Source of the DNA: an uncultured Eubacteriales bacterium
GTDB taxonomy: Bacteria > Bacillota > Clostridia > Christensenellales > Borkfalkiaceae
Assembly: GCA_900545325.1 (NCBI GenBank)
Contig: UQZE01000001.1
Span: 1-50,839 of the forward strand
DNA: 50,839 nucleotides
Direction of reading: 5' to 3'
Below the pieces are notes generated by a model. It did no database searches. It was not told the origin of the DNA and worked only from the letters and a program-made list of their open reading frames with translations. The first letter of the stretch is position 1; the number at the start of each line of letters is the position of its first letter. Positions 16,651-28,904 of this stretch are shown piece after piece. Made by a program: the position numbers and the translations under genes.

Positions 16651-18123
16651 TTACTGCGGCTGACTTTCGTAAATCGTCTTCGCTTTCCGTACAAGGGTTA
16701 CGAATTCCTGTTTGAAGTAATCGTTATTTATATACGTCCCTATCGTTTCCAGCCTTTCGAGCACGTTTTCGAAACTCGCCGCGCCCTTATAATCGGAATT
16801 TCTGAGCAGAAGAGCGTATTCCGCCACACAGGAAATAAAGGTCGTCTGTGCGTCGGGATTGGGATCGTTGTTTACGAAATTTTTTACGGATCTGTCCTTT
16901 TCTCCGTCGGAAACGTCTTTGTAGCGGATTTCAAGATCGGCAAGCCGTGCGTTATGCTGCGCGTTTTCGCTCAGCTGAATTTCATATACTATGGTTACCG
17001 TCAGGTTGGAACCGATTTCGCCCGCGTCCTTTTCCGGGTTATTGAAATCGTCCTCTGAAATAAGTTTCGTATCGTAGCCGATCAGACGGTATTTTTCCAC
17101 GTTTTCCGTGAACGTAACGCCAGCTTTCGCGTCTTTCGCCACGGCGACGAGCATGCCCGCAATATCTTTGTCAAAGAGTTTTTCCGCCTCTTCGGCGCTG
17201 TCTATATAAGCGTAGTTGCCGTTTCCGTTGCGTGCCAGGCTTTCCAGATTATCGTCCCGCATATTGCCCATGCCGTAGCCGAGCACGGTGAGGTAAACGC
17301 CGCGTTGCGCTTTGTCCTGTATGAATTCTTTTAAGGGCGTGCCGTCCGAAATGCCGACGTTGAAGTCGCCGTCGCTCATCATGATCACGCGGTTGTTGCC
17401 GCCTGCGATAAAGTGATCCGCGGCCTGCGCGTAAGCGAGTTCCAAACCGCCGCTGCCGTTGGTGGAGCCGCGCGCCGTAAGCTTATTTATTTTGGATATG
17501 ATCTTTTTCTTGTTTTTCTCACTCGCGGGCGTGGAATCGAGCACGACCTCGGTGCCGCTCGCATACGTTACGATAGACACTCTGTCTTTTTCGCCGAGAT
17601 TGTTTACCAGCGTTTTCAGCGTGGTTTTTACAAGGCCGAGTCGGTCATAGCCGTCCATGGAACCGGATACGTCTATCAGAAACACGTAATTGCTGGCCGC
17701 CGCGTCCACGCTCACTTCCTCTGTCTTCACGCCGACGGTGATCAGTTTATGATCTTCGTTCCACGGGCAGTCGGAAAGATAGGTATAAACGGCGATGTCG
17801 TCGCCCGCCGCAGGCGCGGCAAAATCGTAATCGAAATAGTTGATGTATTCTTCCGCGCGCACGGAATCGGCGTTTACGGGATAGCCGTTATTGATCGTGC
17901 GGCGCATCAGCGTGTAGTTGGCGGTGTTTCTGTCGAGCGTAAAATAGGAAGAGGGATTGTCCGCCACGTTCTTGAAGGGCTGTTCGTAAACGGAATCGTA
18001 GCGGTAGTCGTGGCCGTAATCTTCGCCTATGTCCGGGTAGTAGTTTCCGCCCTTGCCCGCACAACCTGTGAACACCAACACGCTCGCCGCGGCGAGAGCT
18101 GCATAACGAATCAATTTTTTCAT
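16651..18123 (-). CDS. von Willebrand factor A domain lipoprotein (YfbK-like)
   Basis: Signal peptide with lipobox (VFTGCAG) and MIDAS motif (LIDVSGSMDG ... TNGSGG ... MMSDGDFNVG). AAGGAG SD. Confidence 0.85.
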   Translation of the reverse strand: MKKLIRYAALAAASVLVFTGCAGKGGNYYPDIGEDYGHDYRYDSVYEQPFKNVADNPSSYFTLDRNTANYTLMRRTINNGYPVNADSVRAEEYINYFDYDFAAPAAGDDIAVYTYLSDCPWNEDHKLITVGVKTEEVSVDAAASNYVFLIDVSGSMDGYDRLGLVKTTLKTLVNNLGEKDRVSIVTYASGTEVVLDSTPASEKNKKKIISKINKLTARGSTNGSGGLELAYAQAADHFIAGGNNRVIMMSDGDFNVGISDGTPLKEFIQDKAQRGVYLTVLGYGMGNMRDDNLESLARNGNGNYAYIDSAEEAEKLFDKDIAGMLVAVAKDAKAGVTFTENVEKYRLIGYDTKLISEDDFNNPEKDAGEIGSNLTVTIVYEIQLSENAQHNARLADLEIRYKDVSDGEKDRSVKNFVNNDPNPDAQTTFISCVAEYALLLRNSDYKGAASFENVLERLETIGTYINNDYFKQEFVTLVRKAKTIYESQPQ

Positions 18124-18202
18124 AATTTTTTTCTCCTTATCAAAGATTTCGCTATTACAACGAAATCCGAAAGGCGTTTGTCCCGCAAAAACGGAAAAAT
18201 TT

Positions 18203-18880
18203 TTATAAAAGTTTGGAAATATATTTATCCAGGCTCTTGGCGAACGGGGAAGTAACGTCGATAAAGTACCTTAATGCGTTTTTTTCGGCGTAGCCGGAGG
18301 ATACCCATTCGGCGTCGATATATTCCGTTTTATATTTCACTTCCAGCCCCGCGACGGTCTTTTCGTCTTCGAGGCCGTAATATTTTTTGAAGCCGTCATA
18401 GGTTTCTTTTCCGCTGAATTCCACGTAAATTTCCAGATCTTCCATGCCGTAGCCGTTTATCACTTTGGCGGCTACTTCCACATAGCGCAGCCGGCCGCTT
18501 TCTTTGTCGAAATAAGCGGTGTAGGAGGCCGTGGCGTTGGGGGAATATTCGAAATACTCAAAATCGCGGAACACGTTTTCGTCGAGTTCCCGCAGTTGGG
18601 AATACGTCATATACTCTCCGCGCACGCTGTCCGCGCCGTAGTAAACGGGTTTTTTGGAAATGCCGCCGAAAACGCCGCTCGCCGCGAGAACGGCCACGGC
18701 CAAAATAAGAACGCACGCAAAAGAAGAAACGAGCCGCAAGGTAAATTTGGCCCTTTTCTTTCTGCGCGTTCTCTCCGCGAACGCCGCTCTGGCGGGCAGA
18801 AGAACCTGGCGGCCGACGTTTACGCCGTCAAAGTAATTCTGCATCAAGTTTTCGAGCTGCATGTCTTTCTTCATCATCAT
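18203..18880 (-). CDS. putative single-pass anti-sigma factor
   Basis: The ATG overlaps the sigma stop (TAATG). One TM helix (LVSSFACVLILAVAVLAASGVF). The call rests on position directly after an ECF sigma gene; no diagnostic motif was recognised. Confidence 0.5.
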   Translation of the reverse strand: MMMKKDMQLENLMQNYFDGVNVGRQVLLPARAAFAERTRRKKRAKFTLRLVSSFACVLILAVAVLAASGVFGGISKKPVYYGADSVRGEYMTYSQLRELDENVFRDFEYFEYSPNATASYTAYFDKESGRLRYVEVAAKVINGYGMEDLEIYVEFSGKETYDGFKKYYGLEDEKTVAGLEVKYKTEYIDAEWVSSGYAEKNALRYFIDVTSPFAKSLDKYISKLL

Positions 18881-19440
18881 TACAACGTTTCTATACGCCC
18901 TTTTGTCCCCGAAAGCAGAAAAATTTTCAGCTTTTTTTCCGCCTCGTCCAGATCGCGCTGCACCTGCGACTTGCTCGAACCCGTTTTGCCCGCGATTTCG
19001 CGGATGGTCAGATCGAGATAATATCTGTAATATATGAGCTCTTTTTCCCTTATCGGAAGTTGCTTTATCGCCTCTTCCAGCGTGATCGCGGTAACTTTTT
19101 TATCCTCGTCGTACGCGTCGTAGGAAGTGATGGAAAAGCAATCGTCGATATTGATTTCGGCGTGCCTGCCTTTCTTTCTCAAAAGGTCGAGGGCGGCGTT
19201 CTGCGTTATTTTCATAACGAACCCGTATCCGTTGCCGCCTTTGAATTTATCTGCGTTTTCCACTACCTTGACGAAGGCGTTCTGCACCGCGTCTTCGGCG
19301 TCCGTGCGGTTTTTTAAAATACCGAGGGCGAGCGCGAACATTCTCGACGAACACAAACGGTAAATTTCGTCGAGAGCGCTTTCTTTCCCCATTTTTAGAT
19401 ATAAAAGATAGGTCGCTATCAAAGCGGAAAGTTCGCTCAT
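18880..19440 (-). CDS. ECF-type sigma-70 family RNA polymerase sigma factor
   Basis: Region 2 (DAEDAVQNAFVKV) and region 4 HTH (YYLDLTIREIAGKTGSSKSQVQRDL). Confidence 0.85.
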   Translation of the reverse strand: MSELSALIATYLLYLKMGKESALDEIYRLCSSRMFALALGILKNRTDAEDAVQNAFVKVVENADKFKGGNGYGFVMKITQNAALDLLRKKGRHAEINIDDCFSITSYDAYDEDKKVTAITLEEAIKQLPIREKELIYYRYYLDLTIREIAGKTGSSKSQVQRDLDEAEKKLKIFLLSGTKGRIETL

Positions 19441-19469
19441 TTTTTCTCTCCCTGAATATCCTATTATAT

Positions 19470-19498
19470 ATTGTAAAGCATTTTTCCCGTTTGGTCAA
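19470..19498 (-). promoter_or_regulatory. sigmaA-type promoter of ECF sigma operon
   Basis: On the minus strand: TTGACC (19498-19493), 17-nt spacer, TACAAT (19475-19470). Confidence 0.55.
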
Positions 19499-19501
19499 TA
19501 G

Positions 19502-19521
19502 TTATCCACAATTTATCCACA
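19502..19521 (+). promoter_or_regulatory. two tandem perfect DnaA boxes
   Basis: TTATCCACA at 19502-19510 and at 19513-19521, same orientation, 2 nt apart. Confidence 0.8.
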
Positions 19522-19571
19522 ATAAATATAATAAAAAAAACCGCCTGTAAAGGCGGTTTTTAATCGTTAAA

Positions 19572-19958
19572 TCAAACGTTTTCCTTTTTGAAAGCCGCGA
19601 AAAAGTAAAGCCCGCTCATAATAAGCGGCACGATCAGCGTAGACCAAAACTGCGGAGAAATGCCTTTGAAATTGTCCGTAATCAAAAGAACGGCCGTTAT
19701 GCCGCCGATAATAACGAAAACGATAAGCGAAAATACCGCGCCCGACAGCAGAGGTATTTTGCTGCGATGCTTATTGTGAATAAGATACACGGAAAGAAAA
19801 AACAGCGGAATCTGCAATACGGCTAAAAAAATCCAAATGCCTAAATCGCTGCCGTTCATATAATAAGTCCTTCCGTACAAAAAAAAGACATAACCGAACG
19901 TGGCCAAAAACAAAACGAACGCCAAAACGGCATTGACGATGCAGATTAATCTTTTCAT
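19572..19958 (-). CDS. small 4-TM membrane protein, function unknown
   Basis: 128-aa hydrophobic ORF with GAGGGGG SD. TTGACA-18-TATAAT promoter upstream and a terminator hairpin at 19535-19562. Confidence 0.5.
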   Translation of the reverse strand: MKRLICIVNAVLAFVLFLATFGYVFFLYGRTYYMNGSDLGIWIFLAVLQIPLFFLSVYLIHNKHRSKIPLLSGAVFSLIVFVIIGGITAVLLITDNFKGISPQFWSTLIVPLIMSGLYFFAAFKKENV

Positions 19959-20023
19959 AAATTTTCCCCCTCATACAAATCTTTTTCTTCATTATATAAC
20001 GTATTGAAAGGGAATGTCAAGCA

Positions 20024-20054
20024 TAAAAAAATCCCCCGCGGATTACCGCGGGGG
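20024..20054 (-). terminator. intrinsic terminator of nifJ
   Basis: CCCCCGCGG / CCGCGGGGG stem with a 4-nt loop, followed on the minus strand by a T-run. Confidence 0.8.
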
Positions 20055-20069
20055 CGCTTTCGCTTTTTT

Positions 20070-23682
<3,613 letters not shown>

Positions 23683-23720
23683 TAGAAATCAAAAATTTGC
23701 GTAAAAATTATTCTCTGCTT

Positions 23721-23927
23721 ACGGCGGGGCGCGCGTCAATCCTCCTTCCGTCCGTCCTCCCGCACGCGGGAGGCGAAAAAGGAAACCGCCCGAAGGAAAG
23801 CAACCGAACGGCGCCGCCGTAAGGGGAGCGGCCTTGACCTCGCCCCTTTCCCCGTCCGCGCCGCCCGACGCGCGGACGGGAAACACCCTCGGTCGGCGCC
23901 GCCGTGCCGCCGCGGGGCGCTTTTTTT
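23721..23927 (+). other. GC-rich, hairpin-dense non-coding island ending in a terminator-like hairpin plus T7
   Basis: Hairpins at 23756-23773 (7 bp), 23821-23848 (6 bp outer stem) and 23851-23880 (10-11 bp). A GC stem at 23895-23920 is followed by TTTTTTT. No credible ORF and no riboswitch or RNA family motif recognised. Confidence 0.3.
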
Positions 23928-23947
23928 CCCCATGCGCAAAAAAATAA

Positions 23948-23976
23948 TTGTGTATTTCGCGGGGATATGGTAAAAT
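23948..23976 (+). promoter_or_regulatory. promoter with extended -10; candidate leaderless start for ecfA1
   Basis: TTGTGT, 17-nt spacer ending TGg, TAAAAT (23971-23976), then 7 nt to ATG 23984. No SD. Confidence 0.45.
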
Positions 23977-23983
23977 ATTGCTT

Positions 23984-24817
23984 ATGAGTTTCATTGAAGT
24001 GAAAAACGTTAAATTCCGCTATCCGCAGACCAAAAAGGACGCGCTCGGCGGCATAGAACTTTCGATCGAAAAGGGCGAGTACGTATCGGTCATCGGGCAT
24101 AACGGGAGCGGCAAAAGCACGCTCGCGCGGCTCATGAACGGGCTTCTGCTCCCCACCGAGGGGGAAGTGCTCGTGGACGGGTTTTCCACCGCCGACAAGC
24201 AAAAGCTTTTCGAGATCAGAAAGCGCGTGGGCGTGGTGTTCCAAAATCCGGATAACCAGCTGGTCGCTTCCATCGTGGAGGACGACGTGGCTTTCGGCCC
24301 CGAAAACATCGGCGTGCCGAGAAAGGAGATCGGCGAACGCATAGATTTCGCCCTGAAAGCCGTCGGCATGGAGGAATACAGAAAGTCCACGCCCTCTCGC
24401 CTTTCGGGGGGACAGAAACAGCGCGTGGCCATCGCGGGGGTGCTGGCGATCAGGCCGGAAATGCTCATTCTGGACGAGTCCACCGCCATGCTCGACCCGC
24501 GCGGCAGAAAGGAAGTTACCGAGGTGGTGGAACGGCTCAACCGCGAAAACGGCATGACGGTGCTCACCATCACGCATTATATGGACGAGGTCTGCCGCGC
24601 CGACAGGGTGATCGTGCTGAGCGACGGGCAGATCGTCATGCAGGGCACGCCCGAAGAGATCTTCTCGCGCGAGGAAGAGCTGCGGAGATACGAGCTGGAC
24701 GTACCCGTGCCCGTTTTTATCGCGGACAAGCTGCGCGCGGGCGGCATGGACTTGAAAAAAGTATATTTCAAAGAACAGCTGGGTGAAGAATTATGCAGAT
24801 CGTTGCCGAAAAACTGA
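23984..24817 (+). CDS. ecfA1: energy-coupling factor transporter ATPase EcfA1
   Basis: ORF trimmed to MSFIEVKNVKFRY. Walker A (GHNGSGKST), signature (LSGGQKQR) and Walker B (LILDEST). Confidence 0.9.
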   Translation: MSFIEVKNVKFRYPQTKKDALGGIELSIEKGEYVSVIGHNGSGKSTLARLMNGLLLPTEGEVLVDGFSTADKQKLFEIRKRVGVVFQNPDNQLVASIVEDDVAFGPENIGVPRKEIGERIDFALKAVGMEEYRKSTPSRLSGGQKQRVAIAGVLAIRPEMLILDESTAMLDPRGRKEVTEVVERLNRENGMTVLTITHYMDEVCRADRVIVLSDGQIVMQGTPEEIFSREEELRRYELDVPVPVFIADKLRAGGMDLKKVYFKEQLGEELCRSLPKN

Positions 24818-25659
24818 GCCACGTATATTCGCCGAAGTCTAAATTCGCCGTGGCGGCGCTGAAAGACGTTTCCCTCACGATAGACGAGGGGGAATTTTTC
24901 GGCATAATCGGGCACACGGGCAGCGGAAAATCGACCTTCGTGCAGCATCTGAACGGACTTATCAAAGCCGATAAGGGCAGCGGAAAACTGCGCGTGGGAG
25001 AATTCGACCTGCTCGATAAAAAGTGCGATTTCAAAAAACTCCGCGCAAAGATCGGCATGGTCTTTCAGTATCCCGAATACCAGCTTTTCGCCGATACGGT
25101 GGAGGCGGACGTCGCTTTCGGGCTGAGAAACTTTTTCCCAGGACTGAAAGAAGAAGAGGTGAAATTCCGCGTGAAAGAGGCGCTGGAAACGGTCGGCCTC
25201 GACTATGAGGAAGTAAAGGAAAAATCGCCTTTCGACCTTTCGGGGGGACAGAAACGGCGCGCGGCCATCGCGGGCGTTATCGTAACGAAGCCCGAGATCC
25301 TGGTGCTGGACGAGCCCGTGGCGGGGCTCGATCCCAAGGGCAAAAAGGAATTTTTCGCCCTGCTGCACGCCCTGCACGCGAGTTTCGTCAGAACCGTGGT
25401 TATCGTTTCGCACGATATGGACAATGTGGCGGAACATTGCACGCGCGTCGCCGTGTTCGACCACGGCAGGGTGTTCCGCGTGGCGGAGCCGAAAGAACTT
25501 TTCCGCGACGCGTCCGCGCTCGCGGAGCTGGGGCTGGACGTGCCCGTTACAGGGTATCTCGCAGACGTTCTCAGGAAAAACGGCACCCCCGTCGATACCG
25601 ATTTCACCGTGAACGACTTCACGCGGAAAGTGCTTGAAAAATGGAGGGAACGCGCATGA
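24793..25659 (+). CDS. ecfA2: energy-coupling factor transporter ATPase EcfA2
   Basis: Walker A (GHTGSGKST), signature (LSGGQKRR) and Walker B (LVLDEP). Second ATPase of the ecf operon. Confidence 0.9.
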   Translation: MQIVAEKLSHVYSPKSKFAVAALKDVSLTIDEGEFFGIIGHTGSGKSTFVQHLNGLIKADKGSGKLRVGEFDLLDKKCDFKKLRAKIGMVFQYPEYQLFADTVEADVAFGLRNFFPGLKEEEVKFRVKEALETVGLDYEEVKEKSPFDLSGGQKRRAAIAGVIVTKPEILVLDEPVAGLDPKGKKEFFALLHALHASFVRTVVIVSHDMDNVAEHCTRVAVFDHGRVFRVAEPKELFRDASALAELGLDVPVTGYLADVLRKNGTPVDTDFTVNDFTRKVLEKWRERA

Positions 25660-26474
25660 AAGACGTTACCTTCGGCCAGTATTATCCCGCGGATTCCTTC
25701 GTGCACAAGATGGATCCGCGCGTGAAAATCGTGCTTTCCGTCGCCTATATCGTGGCGGTGTTTTTGGTGCGGGAGTTTCACTTTCTCGGCTTTGCCGCCG
25801 CGTTCGCGTTCATACTGCTCACCACGCTCGTCGCGCGCGTACCCTTCATGAAGGTGCTGCGCAGCATCAAGGCCATCATATTTTTCGTGATATTTTCCTC
25901 CGTGTTGCAGATCTTGTTCAATAAAGAGGGGACCGTGCTCGCGAAATGGTGGATTATAGAGATAACGAACGTCGGCCTGCTGCGGGCGGGTTTTATCACG
26001 CTGCGCATCGTGCTCGTCGTCATGGGCACCGCGCTGCTGACGCTCACGACCACGCCCGTGGAGATCGCGGACGGCATAGAGAGCCTGCTCACCCCCCTCA
26101 AATGGATAAAATTCCCCGTGCACGAATTCGCGCTCATCATGAGCATAGCCCTGCGCTTTATTCCTACGCTGATGGACGAAACGGACAGGATCATCAGCGC
26201 GCAGAAAGCGCGCGGCGCCGATTTTGAAAGCGGAAATATCTTCAAGCGAATCAAGGCGCTCGTGCCCATTTTGATCCCCCTGCTCATCAGCTCTTTCCGC
26301 CGCGCGGACGAGCTGGGCGACGCCATGGACGCCCGCTGTTATTCGGGCGCGAAAGGCAGAACGAAATACAAGAAAATGCGGCTCACGTACCGCGATCTGA
26401 TAGGTTTTGCGCTCACGGGCGGTCTCATTGCGGGCGTGGTGCTCTTAAACGGCGTGCTGGGGGTGGCGGTATGA
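25656..26474 (+). CDS. ecfT: energy-coupling factor transporter transmembrane protein EcfT
   Basis: Start at ATG 25656, overlapping the ecfA2 TGA (ATGA) and preceded by GGAGGG. Multi-TM protein with ISAQKARGADF and ELGDAMDARCY motifs. Confidence 0.9.
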   Translation: MKDVTFGQYYPADSFVHKMDPRVKIVLSVAYIVAVFLVREFHFLGFAAAFAFILLTTLVARVPFMKVLRSIKAIIFFVIFSSVLQILFNKEGTVLAKWWIIEITNVGLLRAGFITLRIVLVVMGTALLTLTTTPVEIADGIESLLTPLKWIKFPVHEFALIMSIALRFIPTLMDETDRIISAQKARGADFESGNIFKRIKALVPILIPLLISSFRRADELGDAMDARCYSGAKGRTKYKKMRLTYRDLIGFALTGGLIAGVVLLNGVLGVAV

Positions 26475-27220
26475 ACGTATATCTCGTTATCGAATACGAC
26501 GGCACCGATTACTGCGGCTGGCAGATCCAGCCCAACGGCGCGAGCGTGCAGGAGGAACTGCAGCGCGCGCTTTTTAAATTGACGGGCGAAAAGATTTCGG
26601 TTACGGGCAGCGGCAGAACGGACAGCGGCGTGCATGCGGCGGGGCAGACGGCCTCCTTTTCGGTCGAAAAGGAAAATATCCCTCCCGAAAATTACGCCCC
26701 GGCGCTCAACGGGCTTTTGCCCAAAGATATCCGCGTTCTCAAAAGCGGCCGCGCGCCCGACGGTTTCAACGCCCGCTTTTCGGCAAAGCGCAAAACCTAC
26801 CGCTATACCTTTTACGTTTCCGCCGTCGAGCGCCCGCTGTACGAGCGCTACGCCGTGCGTACGCTTCCGCTCGATACGGAAAAGATGCGCGCCGCGGCCG
26901 CGGTGCTCGTGGGGGAAAAGGACTTCAAATGTTTCTGCGCGGCGAATTCTTCGGTAAAGGACACGGTGCGCACCCTCTATTCGCTCGAAGTGGAGCGGCG
27001 GGGGGATTTCATCACCGTTACGGCGTGCGGCAACGGGTTTTTATACAATATGGTCCGCATCGTCGCGGGCACGCTGGCGGTGGCGGGCGAGGGAAAGCTG
27101 AGCGTTGAGGACGTGAAAAAAATCGTGGAAGGCGGAAAACGCGCGGAGGGTAAGACCATGCCCGCAAAGGGATTGTGCCTTCTTTCGGTGGAATACGGCG
27201 GCGCGTTACACAACATATAG
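26471..27220 (+). CDS. truA: tRNA pseudouridine(38-40) synthase
   Basis: IEYDGTDYCGWQIQPN and GSGRTDSGVHAAGQ (catalytic Asp motif). Confidence 0.95.
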   Translation: MNVYLVIEYDGTDYCGWQIQPNGASVQEELQRALFKLTGEKISVTGSGRTDSGVHAAGQTASFSVEKENIPPENYAPALNGLLPKDIRVLKSGRAPDGFNARFSAKRKTYRYTFYVSAVERPLYERYAVRTLPLDTEKMRAAAAVLVGEKDFKCFCAANSSVKDTVRTLYSLEVERRGDFITVTACGNGFLYNMVRIVAGTLAVAGEGKLSVEDVKKIVEGGKRAEGKTMPAKGLCLLSVEYGGALHNI

Positions 27221-27279
27221 TGTTCCGCCCGAAAAAAAAGACTATTTCCATAATTTTAAAGGAAAAAAGTAAATTTTGC

Positions 27280-27308
27280 TTGACAATAACGCGATAAAAT
27301 TATAAAAT
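27280..27308 (+). promoter_or_regulatory. sigmaA promoter of rplM-rpsI
   Basis: TTGACA, 17-nt spacer, TAAAAT. A leader of about 110 nt precedes rplM and could be an L13-type leader; I could not verify this. Confidence 0.6.
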
Positions 27309-27422
27309 AATTAAGCGTTTATAACGAAAAGTTTGTCAAAAGTAGGATTAGCCCCCCGAAATTTTTATCGTGTGTAAAAACAAACTTTTTGCGAAATAGA
27401 TATAAACAAGGAGAAATTTACG

Positions 27423-27854
27423 ATGAAAACCTACATGGCGCATGCTGAAACGGTTGAGAGAAAGTGGTATGTGGTCGATGCGGAAGGGATGCCTCTCGGC
27501 AGGCTCGCTTCGAGGGTAGCAGCAATTCTTCGCGGGAAGAACAAGCCTACTTTCACGCCGAACGTCGACACGGGTGATTTTGTTATCGTTGTAAACTGCG
27601 ATAAAGTCGTTCTTACGGGCAAAAAGCTGGAAGACAAGCTGTACCGTTACCATACGGGACACGTCGGCGGCCTGAAAACGATCACGTATAAGAAACTGAT
27701 GGAAAACAAATCCGATCTGGCTGTTTACGAAGCGGTCAAGGGAATGCTGCCGAAAAACAGTCTGGGCAGAGCTATGCTCAAAAAATTAAAGGTTTACAAG
27801 GGGCCCGAACACAACAACGCGGCGCAGAAACCCGAACCTTTGAAACTTATATAA
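27423..27854 (+). CDS. rplM: 50S ribosomal protein L13
   Basis: [41 protein letters not shown]. Confidence 0.97.
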   Translation: MKTYMAHAETVERKWYVVDAEGMPLGRLASRVAAILRGKNKPTFTPNVDTGDFVIVVNCDKVVLTGKKLEDKLYRYHTGHVGGLKTITYKKLMENKSDLAVYEAVKGMLPKNSLGRAMLKKLKVYKGPEHNNAAQKPEPLKLI

Positions 27855-27867
27855 GAGGTAGACGACA

Positions 27868-28281
27868 ATGGCTAAAACAGCGAGTAAGAAAAAAATTCAG
27901 TATTGGGGAACAGGCAGAAGAAAGAAGGCCGTCGCGCGTGTGCGTCTCATTCCGGGCGGCACGGGCGCAGTCGTCATCAACGGCAAGACCATCGACGAAT
28001 ATTTCGGGCTGGAAACGCTCAAATACATCGTCCGCCAGCCTTTGGCGGTAACGGATAACCTGTCGAAGTACGACGTGTACGTCAACGTGTTCGGCGGCGG
28101 TTTCACCGGTCAGGCGGGCGCGATCCGTCACGGCCTCGCGCGCGCTCTTATCGTTGCGGAACCCGAACTCCGTCCCATCGTCAAAAAGGAAGGTTTCCTC
28201 ACGAGGGATTCGAGAATGAAGGAAAGAAAGAAGTACGGCTTGAAAAAAGCCCGCCGCGCTCCGCAGTTCTCGAAGAGATAA
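27868..28281 (+). CDS. rpsI: 30S ribosomal protein S9
   Basis: [16 protein letters not shown].., [19 protein letters not shown], ending [12 protein letters not shown]. Confidence 0.97.
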   Translation: MAKTASKKKIQYWGTGRRKKAVARVRLIPGGTGAVVINGKTIDEYFGLETLKYIVRQPLAVTDNLSKYDVYVNVFGGGFTGQAGAIRHGLARALIVAEPELRPIVKKEGFLTRDSRMKERKKYGLKKARRAPQFSKR

Positions 28282-28333
28282 TTTTACGGAAAAAATACAA
28301 AACGGAAAGGCGTTTGCCTTTCCGTTTTTTGCG

Positions 28334-28687
28334 TTATTTCTTTTTGTTCACGCGCTTGATGAAATCGTCGTGCGACTTCATGGCGGAGATCAGCGGGTTG
28401 GCGTCGATCTTTATCCGTTCGGGCGCCGTCTGCGGGGCCTGTTCTTTCTGCGGCGGGGCGTTCTTGCTGCCGAAAAGGTTCAAAAGAGAGCCGAGTCCGC
28501 CCTGCGAAAGCGCGGAGCCGATATTGCCGAGAAGATCGTTTCCCGCGCCGCCCTTTTCGGCCTGCGCCGTTTCCGTCTGCGGGGGCGCTTCGTTTCGGCT
28601 TTCCTTCGTTTCGGCGGAGGTTTCGGGCGAGCCGCCCGCGCCGCCGCCCAGCATCGATAAAATCTTCATGATCGAAAAATTTTCCAT
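28334..28687 (-). CDS. hypothetical Gly/Pro/Gln-rich protein
   Basis: 117-aa ORF convergent on the rpsI terminator hairpin (28300-28330). Low-complexity centre with a conserved-looking end (NPLISAMKSHDDFIKRV). Frame chosen over two overlapping Arg-rich ORFs. Confidence 0.4.
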   Translation of the reverse strand: MENFSIMKILSMLGGGAGGSPETSAETKESRNEAPPQTETAQAEKGGAGNDLLGNIGSALSQGGLGSLLNLFGSKNAPPQKEQAPQTAPERIKIDANPLISAMKSHDDFIKRVNKKK

Positions 28688-28904
28688 TGAAATACCTGCC
28701 CTTATGCCCCAAATGCCTTTTCTTTCCTGCCGAAATCGACAGTAATTTTAAAAACTTGCCGCAATTTTATTGCAAAGTGCGGAAATTTAATATATAATAG
28801 ATTAGCGTAAATCATTATAAGCATTAAAATTATATGCGGCGCGGCGGGGGAAATATGCCGTTCCGCGGTGATTTTTTGATATGCTTGACAGGAGTAAGAT
28901 CAAC

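Noticed and set aside
23781-23810. An SRP-RNA-like string, CGAAGGAAAGCAACC, inside the GC-rich island.
   Set aside because: It only loosely resembles the GGAAGGAAGCAGCC domain IV motif. There is no GNRA tetraloop closed by the expected pairs and no complementary 3' strand, so I do not call an ffs gene.
23708-24577. ORFs on the minus strand crossing the GC-rich island (289, 91 and 67 aa).
   Set aside because: They give Arg/Gly/Pro-rich translations typical of GC-rich non-coding DNA. The largest is mostly antisense to ecfA1. None has an SD.
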